From NCBI GenBank assembly GCA_028534125.1, contig CM052817.1, positions 16,928,001-16,992,000 of the forward strand: a DNA stretch of 64,000 bases, read 5' to 3'. The notes beneath the pieces were generated by a model. That model had not been told where the DNA came from and did not search any database. It saw nothing but the letters and a program-made list of their open reading frames with translations. Below are positions 55,461-64,000 of this stretch, one piece after another. A program made the translations under genes and the position numbers. Each line of letters starts with the position of its first letter. Position 1 is the stretch's first letter. The DNA comes from Lama glama. Its lineage: Eukaryota.

Positions 55461-57616
55461 TTTTTTTTATAAGTAACAATTCCAAAATTTATATGGAACC
55501 ATAAAAGACCCCAGATTGCCAAAGCAATCATTTGTAGGTCTTTTTTTTTTTTTTCCTCTTTTTTTTTTTCTCTTTCTTATTTTTGTTCCCTTTTTTTATG
55601 GTTTGATGATTAGAGAAGTTCCTTTAACATTTGTCATAAAGCTGGTTTGGTGGTGCTGAAATCTTTCAGCTTTTGTTTATCTGAAGCTTTTGATTTCTCC
55701 ATCAAATCTGAACCAGAGCCTTGCTGGATTCTTAGTTGTAAGTTTTTCCCTTTCATCACTTTAAATATATCGTGCCACCCGCTTCTGGCCTATAGAGTTT
55801 CTGCTGAAAAATCAGCTGATAACCTTATGGGAATTCCCTTGTATGTTATTTGTTGCTTTTCTCTTGCCAGTTTTAATATTTTCTCCTTATCCTTAATTTT
55901 TGTCAATTTGATGACTATGTGCCTTGGTGTATTCCTGTTTGGGTTGATCCTGTGTGGAACTCTCTGAGCTTCCTGGACTTGGGTGACTGTTTCCTTTCCC
56001 AAGTTGGGGAAGTTTTTGGTTATTATCTCTTCAAAAATTTTCTCAGATCCATTCGCTCTCTCTTCTCTTTCTGGGACCCCTATAATGTGAATATTAGTGC
56101 ACTTCATGTTGTCCCAGAGTTCTCTTAAACTATCCTCATTTCTTTTCATTCTTTTTTCTTTTTTCTGTTCTGCAGTAGTGATTTCCAGTAATCTGTCTTC
56201 TAGCTCACTGATCCATTCTTTTGCCTCATTTAGTCTGTTCTTGGTTCCTTCTATTGTGTTACTCATTTCAGTGATTTCATTCTTCAACTCTGTTTGGATA
56301 TTCTTTATATTTTTCAACTCTTTGCTAAGAACTTCACTCTGTGCATCTATACTTCCCTTGAGTTCTCTGAACATCTTCGCCATCATTACTTTAAAGTCTT
56401 TCTCAGGTAAATTGCGTATTTCCTCATCACTTATTTCTTCCTCTGGGATTTTATCTTGTGCCTCAGGCTGGGAGGTATTCCTCTGCCACCTCATGTTGTC
56501 TACCTTTCTATTGGTATTTTTAGGTAGGTTAGTTACATTCCTCAACTTTGGAGAGGTGACTCTCTGTGGGATACATCCTGTGTGTCCCAGCAGTATGCTC
56601 CTCTCTGTCACCCAAGGGCCAGCATCCAGCCTGTCCCAGGGTAGAGTCTGGCCTGTGTTAGTGGATTCCTTCCACAGGCTTTGTGATTGTTATTTTCTCA
56701 TTGCTGGTATCTGCCCCTGGTGGATGACGCTGGACTAGAGGCTTATGCAGTTTCCCTGGCAGGAGTTGGTGCCTTCCCACTGCGGGATGAAGCTTGTTCC
56801 TGGACCTCTGGTAGGTAGGGCTGTGTCTAGGGTTATGTCTAGAAGTGTTTGTGGCTCAGGAAGTCTGCTGATGGGTGGGGCTATGTTCCCACCCAGTATA
56901 TTGTTTGATCTGAGGCTTCCCAGCCCTTAAGCTTACAGGCTGTTGGGTGGGGCTAGGTCTTGGTGTGAATGATCCAATCAAAATGTCAGCCTCCAAGAAA
57001 GCTCATGTAGATGAACACTCCCGGAATGCCTGCCACCAGCTTTTATGTCCACTGGGTGAGCTGCAGCCATCCCCTACCTCCTCAGGAGACCCTCTAAAAC
57101 CAGCAGGCAGGCCTGGTCCAGGTTCCTATGAAATCACTGCCTCTGCCTTTGGACCTGGCGCACGCAAGACTCTGTGTATGCTTCCCGAGAGAATGAAGTA
57201 TGTTTCCCCCAGAACCATGGGGTTCCTGGAGTTGAGCCCCACTGGCCTTCAAAACCAGGTGTCCTGGGGTCCCCTCCTTCTGCCAGTGCCAGAACCCTGG
57301 GCTGGGGAGCCTGATGTGAGGTTCAGAACTCTCACTCCTATGGGAGGGCCTCTGCAACTTAATTATTCTTCAGCTTGTGGGTTACCCACCCGGGGAGTTT
57401 GGGGCCCAATTATATCGCAAGCATACCTCTCCTACCATCCTGCTGTGGTTCTCTCTTTATGTTTCCAGTTGAAGAAGATCTGTTTTGCTTGGTTCCAGTC
57501 TGTTTTTCCGATGGTTGTTCAGCAGTCAGTCGTGGTTTTGTTGTAGTCTTGAGGAGACGCGAGCTCGTGGTCCTACTACTCTGCCATCTTGACCAAAATT
57601 CTTATTTATATACTTC
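55461..57616 (-). mobile_element. Younger L1: 5'UTR plus ORF1 (ATG 56494, premature TAG at 55790-55792, natural stop about 55610), ORF2 essentially absent
   Basis: 5' start caagatggcagagtag; ORF1p motifs NIHIIGVPE, NTPRHIVIK, ITYKGIPIRLSADFSAETL; candidate TSD tctgagattctt (55449-55460) / tctgtgagtctt (57617-57628). Confidence 0.88.
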
Positions 57617-59239
57617 TCTGTGAGTCTTTTAATAGGTACACTTAACTGTGGTTTAAGTCTCAATAAATTACTGATGTGTTTGAACTTTTCCTGCTATCTT
57701 TTTTTTCTATTCACCATGAATTTCATTTTTTTCTTTTTTTCCTTTCTTGTCTTTAATTGAACTGACTTGAAATGTCTTTCTTTTATTTTTTTCCTCTAAT
57801 GGTTTGGAATCTATATGCAAGTTGCATTTTAAAAGTGTCAAGTTTAAGGTGCCTACAGTACATCTGGAAATTTTTACCAAAATGCAGTTGGGGATTAAGG
57901 GTTTGGAACTTGAAAGAGGAATTGGTATTGAGGATATCATTTTAAAATGTCACCTTGGTAAGTGGAAGCCATGCAGTGTTTGCTATCACCGGGGAAATGA
58001 TGGTGAGCAAATACATTACTAGGGCAATGTGAGGTACATAGGTACTCAATAAATGTTTTGTGAACATTTAGTAAATGAAGGCGAGAGAGGACTGAGTATA
58101 GAATCTGGAAATGGTAACGTTGAAAACCAGAGGAAAAGCCAGCAAATAAGAGAAATGGCTTAAAAGACAGAAAGTGAACTTTGAGAGCAGTATCTCCAAA
58201 ACCACCCAGAGAATTTCCCAGAGGGAGGTGATAGAGAGCAGTGTGTTGCTACAGAGACATTAGGTAGCATGAGGACTGCGATGGGCCTTCGGAGAGAAGA
58301 CTGGTGGTCTTAGGGGAGAGTTTGAAAGGTGATAGTCAAAGTTGAGGGATAGGGGTTGGAAGCAGAGGCAGGCATAGCATATGGGCTTTTCTTTTATGTA
58401 ATTGGTCAGGGAAAGATAAAAGGAACTTGTTCATAGCTTCAGGGAGATGTAACCCAGGGGAAAGGCTTTCTTTGGAATGGACTCTACTTCCCACAGTGTT
58501 CAAAGAGATAAATAAAAGAGAATTAAGAAGGAATGACTCTAAAGGCAGATTTTTTTTCTTCCCTAAGGGCTTTCTAAGTGGTAGAAGCCATCAAATCTGG
58601 AAGTTCTCATTGGATGTATCCACTGTAGTTCTATGGGTGATCATATTGTCAGAAACCTTATACTTTCTTGCAGGAATCTGAATCTGCATTCTGTCTAGAA
58701 GATCCTACTCCTTTTTAAATCTTTGTAGTCCTGACACTGTGTAGATTTAATGGTCTTCTTGGGAGAGAACTAAGTTAGCCCAGAGTCATGGATCTTTTAC
58801 CCTTCAAAGCCACTTCCCTATTTACATACTAATGATTTAAAATTTTGGAACATACACATACACAAATGAGTGGTCACTTCTTGATAATTTGTGGCTAGAA
58901 AGGCAGGGAGACTTCAGTCATCTGGGGATCTGGGGATGTGAATAAATTATGGGTACCTCTCAATTTCCAGACACAGAAACCAGAGATTCAGATATAGTTT
59001 TTGATATAGGGCTGTTTGAGATAGACTCATTATCAAAACTGTTTACTGTTTAAAACTCAGAAACCTAACTAGTTCAGGTAATACCTTACTGTATTTTACT
59101 ATCTGAATTAACCATCCAAACTTTAGAAATCTGAATGATTTAGATGGCAAAGAATAATTGTTCTCTCTGATAACCTTTCTCCTTTTTTTTCTTTTTTAAT
59201 CTAGGAATTGTAGGAAAAAAACAGGGTAATGTGGATTGA

Positions 59240-59458
<219 letters not shown>

Positions 59459-59992
59459 TAAATAACTCTTAAGAGATATTTTCCTAATAGAGCTAATTTG
59501 CAGTTTATTGCTTCTGGTATCACTGCTTGCAGTAGAACCCGATATAACAAAGAAATTAGCAATTTTACTTTATAGGAGCATAAGTTTGTGACGTTACACT
59601 ATGAGTATTCTTTGAAATGAGACTACATTAAAACTTGAGAAGTTGTTTTCTTTGAAAGTTGAATTTTACAGAATTGCTCTATAAATTATAATACATGTTT
59701 CGTGACCTGATATGATTTAATTCTCTCAAAAAAAAACCCTAAACTTTTTTGTCTGGAAAGTAATTTTAAATCCGTTCTGGAACAAGTTGGAGTATAAATA
59801 AACTATTTGTTGTCATTCTAGAGGTGTATAAAAAAATTTAAGTAAAAATAATCTTTTCATGTTATTTTTATCTATTAGGAATGCTTTCTGATGACCTCAT
59901 GTGCTAAGCTGAAGAGTTCTTTTGTTTTCAGATTTTTTTCCAAAGATCTTGATTTTGGAATTATAATACTGTTTTCTTTCCTTTTATGACAG

Positions 59993-60052
59993 ATTGACAA
60001 AAGATTTGACAAAGCCACTTTTGAAAGGCAGATGTCTGTGATGAGGGGTCAG
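59993..60052 (+). CDS. PI4K2B: PI4K2B coding exon 9 (final exon lies outside the window)
   Basis: tgacag| acceptor; IDKRFDKATFERQMSVMRGQ; donor CAG|GTAGGT; the expected ILNLTQAL... exon was not seen before 64000. Confidence 0.95.
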
Positions 60053-61194
60053 GTAGGTCACCTTTTTAAGGTCTTGTTCATTAAGGAAAAAAAATCTCTC
60101 TTTGAAACAGTAGTCAAGTTTTTTTCTCCACTGTGACCCAAAATGCAACTCTAATACTGTCCTTCATTCTGAACCGAAGTAGCTCACGTGATTAGAGATG
60201 AAGTTGATTTCAATACTCTTTTTCTCTGTTGTCTTCTATATTAGATATTTTTTATCTTCTCATGTATTGTTCAGTTAGCCAGTTTGCTCCTACTGTGAAT
60301 TCTTTGTCCTCATTTTGATAACTTTTCCTGGGCATTAGTATCTTTTTTCTCCTCAAATCCATTTGCTTGAATGTTTCAATACCAAGTTCTATTTCTTGTT
60401 GACTATTTTCCTCATGGAATATGCTTGACCTTTGTTAGAACAATCAGTAAATAACCGTGTCAGCAAAGTTGAGCACTAATTGGGACATCAAAGTACTATT
60501 TGTAACTCAGTCCTCTCACCCCTTCTCACCTCCTGTAATTAGAAATACAAGGTATTAATTCCATCTGCTGGTGTGGACCTGCAGGCTGGCCTGACCTACA
60601 GGTGACATCTGGTTCTACTACTCTATTAATAGTATTCAGATTCCAAAAGGAAGACTGGAAATGAAAATAAACTATAGTGCAAACACTGTCTTCTTAGTGA
60701 CTTACTAATTCACTTTTTCTTCCTAAAACATGCGTTTCTTTTAAGGTAGCTATTTGCTACAAACACGTGGCAAAGAAGACAAGTCTAGTTTTTGCACTGT
60801 GTATTATGTAGCATTAACAAATATATAAAATTAAATTAGATAATCATTCATTCATCAAATATTTATTGAAAGAACAGTGCCACAGACTGTGCTAGTGACT
60901 GAGATGAAGCAGTGAGTGAAACCGAGTTTCTCCCCTCAGGGAGCTCTTGCTCCAGTGAGGAGGTCAGGAGTCAGGGAAAAGGGGCAGATTGTTAGCTTGT
61001 TCATCTCTCTGTGCTCTGTGCACTTACACAGCACTCTGCTGGAGTCATAAGTTTTAAATAATCATAAGTTTTAAGTGAAATGACTGGAGAAGCAGGCTAG
61101 AGTCAGATGATGGAGGGCCCTAACTACCAGAATACAGATTCCACTCAGAAGGGACTGGAGCAGTTAGAGAGCTGGCATAGAAAAGAGTTGTGAT

Positions 61195-61309
61195 GGAGGA
61201 GGGTAAAGCTTAGCGATAGAGTGCACACTTAGCATGCATGAGGTCCTGGGTTCAATCCCCAGTACCTCCAGTAAATAAAGAAATAAATAAACCTAACTAC
61301 CCCCTCCAA
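61195..61309 (+). mobile_element. Vic-1-like SINE
   Basis: ggaggagggtaaagcttagcgatagagtg..gggttcaatccccagtacctcc..aaataaataaacctaactaccccc; TSD aaaagagttgtgat at 61181-61194 and 61310-61323. Confidence 0.88.
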
Positions 61310-61326
61310 AAAAGAGTTGTGATAAT

Positions 61327-61845
61327 CTAAGTGCCCATCAACAGACGATTGGCTTAAGAAGTTATGAGCTACACACAGAGACACACACACACACATATAT
61401 ACACACACTGGAATATTACTCAGCCATAAAAAAGACTGAAATATTGCCATTTGCAGCAGTATGGATGGAACTAGAGAATATTAGACTTAGTGAAATAAGT
61501 CAGACAGAGAAAAACAAATACTGTGTGATATCACTTATATGTGGAATCTAAAAAATACAAATGAATCTATATACAAAACAGAGACTGAGACACAGAAAAC
61601 AAATTTATAGTTACCAAAGGGGAAAGGGGAAGGACAAATTAGGATTTGGGGATTAACAGATACAAACTACTGTACATAAAATAGATAACAAGGATTTAAT
61701 ATATAGCACAGGGAATTATACCCAATATCTTATAATAATCTATAATGGAGTATAATCTGCAAGAAAAAAAAACTGAATCACTCTGCTGCACACTTGAAAC
61801 TAATGCAATATTGTAAATCAACTATACTTCAATTTCAAAAAAAAA
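61327..61845 (+). mobile_element. 5'-truncated L1 3' end
   Basis: ctaagtgcccatcaacaga..ggaatattactcagccataaaaaag..aaatcaactatacttcaat plus poly(A); flanked by agttgtgataat on both sides. Confidence 0.88.
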
Positions 61846-64000
61846 GTTGTGATAATGATAAAGTTTTCTATTTACTCATATGGAGAGATCTCCAGAACAT
61901 ATTATGTTAAAAAATATATAATACATAATGGTATGTATAAGCTGCTTACATATTGTGTATAATAAAAAAGGAATCAGAATGTCTTTTAAAGGGGGGAGTT
62001 GCGATGAGAGTGACATTTCTGGAGAGGAGACCTTACCCTGGGTTTTCTCTGTGAACTCCCTGAAATCTTGTGCTAAATTCTGTTTATGTGTACTTTTTGG
62101 ACGTGGAGTGGGCAATAGAATTTATAGCTCAGCAAAAGGTATCCCTAACCCAACAAAGAACCACTGCAGACTGGACAGTGGGGTGCGGATTGGTTCAGCA
62201 CACATGTCTAGAGCCACAGAACCTCGTGAGGAGGTGTTTTCAGTAATTCAGGCATGAACGAGGGGCTCAGATGCTGGATGACTGTAATTGTGTTGTTGAG
62301 GGTTACCACCCTAAACTATATTTGAGTTAAATTTTCAGGCATAGGTAATTATGCCCTAAGCTGACATTTTTGCTTGAAACAAATTGGCTTGACTTAAGCA
62401 GTATGCTCCATCTTCTGGAATTCTCGTATCCCTAAAGGTGTATCTTTACCTTAGGAATATTTGTTTTTTAAAAATAAAAGCTGTAAATAATTTTATAAGC
62501 TTTAATTGTTGATTAAAGTTAGTACATGAGGAATTTAAATTTAAATTTTAAGATGCTTATCTGAAAAGATACGGGGACGCTCCAGTTCTGAGGTCTGTTA
62601 CAAAGATACACCAGTGGCTATCTGCTATTTTAGGTTTATTTATTCATATCCTGTCTCATCTACAAAGGAATAAGGTATTGTACAAATGGGTGTAATAGAA
62701 TATAAAACTGACAGGATCAGGATCTGGAGAAATAAAAAATAAAATGATACCTTGGCTATGTGTTTGATTTTGTTTTGGTTTTTTATTTTAATTTGGTTTC
62801 AACCTTTCTGATAGCCAAAAAGAATAAGGTACCCTAACCATGTACATGATTGTGTAACTCTCTGGTTTCAGCCTTTAAAAAGAAGAAAAGCTAGTCTAAA
62901 AAATCACATATTATTTTATATTCTAAAGTAAAAAATCAGTATTTGAAACGGAAGCTTAACAAACAAAAACAAATAACCCGTGTTTTAAGCAACGAAATTC
63001 ATTATTTAGCCAATTCCTTAATTGAGTCAAAATACTTGTGTTATTTCTATCATTTATAATTATCCCTCGAATCCTTCTCCATTCTAATTTTGCCAATTAC
63101 CATCATGATTTGTGCTTGTACAACCAAGTCTTTTGCCCTAGTTTATAGGAAGTTTTTAGTTTTGCATACATAATCAATGACATGTTCTGATTCTTCATAT
63201 AACGATGAAGACAGGAATTAGGAACTAGTGTGAAGGCATTTCTTTTAAAATTTGACTAGTGATGTTTACTAAGTTAAAGATTTTGAATTTTACATTAAAT
63301 AGCAGTAGGATCATGGTCAGGTTCAGTAAGAGCATTCATTTTACTCTGCCTGTGCCTGTTTGGAACACGGGACCTCAGAAGGTACTTATTTATATGAAAT
63401 GTATTTCACACATGATCTGAGAAAATGGCAGAAATAATAGTTTTATTAATACATGGTGAACTTGTATTCAGTGGTTTTAACCAGAAGCTCATTTGAAGAT
63501 TCAATAAAAATCAATGATGTTAAAAAAAAATGAAACTAACACTTTTATACCTCCTGAGTACTTGATTCTTTATTAGGTATTTTTAAGTTTGTTATTATTT
63601 ATCCTCATAACATCTCTACATAGTTATCTGCATTTTATAACTTGGCTCAAAAAGGTTAACATGTTGTATCTGTTTAATAAGGGAGAATGTCTAAACGGCA
63701 CGTGTGGCATTGCCTCTGCCTGGAGCCCTTATCAGCTCTTCTCTGAACTTAATGATCTGCTAAATGGTGTCCTTATATCCTTACCTGTTTGCCCGTCCTT
63801 CTTCCACATTAGACTAGAACCATCTCTTTAAAAGCACATATGATCGCCTCTTTGGTGATTTAAAGCTCTCTTGATTCGTACTAGGTGCAGGCTCATTTCC
63901 CGACTTTGAGCACTCTACTGTCACAATCTGCCTCCACCCACCACACCTGCCTTTACCCCTCATTGGCAGCCTCCCCTAAGCCTAGCCATTCGTCACTGTC

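Noticed and set aside
55790..56611. 273-aa ORF as a functional or domesticated gene
   Set aside because: It is L1 ORF1p with a premature TAG and a degraded C-terminal part
60558..60575. CTCF-like motif (minus strand CCAGCAGATGGAA)
   Set aside because: Mismatch at a core position; cannot be supported without ChIP data

Overview
Mammalian genomic DNA, very probably from a camelid: it carries tRNA-derived SINEs of the Vic-1 type and L1 3' ends typical of hoofed mammals. About 1-36 kb is intergenic and largely ancient repeats (L1, L2, MIR, MLT1/MaLR, ERV LTRs, hAT and Tigger DNA transposons), with a 500-N scaffold gap. From about 36.2 kb the + strand holds the CpG-island promoter and coding exons 1-9 of PI4K2B (phosphatidylinositol 4-kinase type 2 beta). 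These exons splice via GT-AG introns into one open frame of 429 codons; the last exon lies beyond the window. I found no convincing new biological system. The best oddities are: a 'half' L1 (5'UTR plus ORF1, almost no ORF2) bounded by poly(A) and a probable TSD; a SINE that appears to have carried extra L1-derived flank inside one TSD; a SINE and an L1 inserted at the same target site; a strong upstream acceptor before exon 8 that creates a stop codon at the splice junction; a uORF; and a possible extra DxxLL sorting motif. Comparisons to human and mouse proteins and repeat family names come from memory and were not computed.
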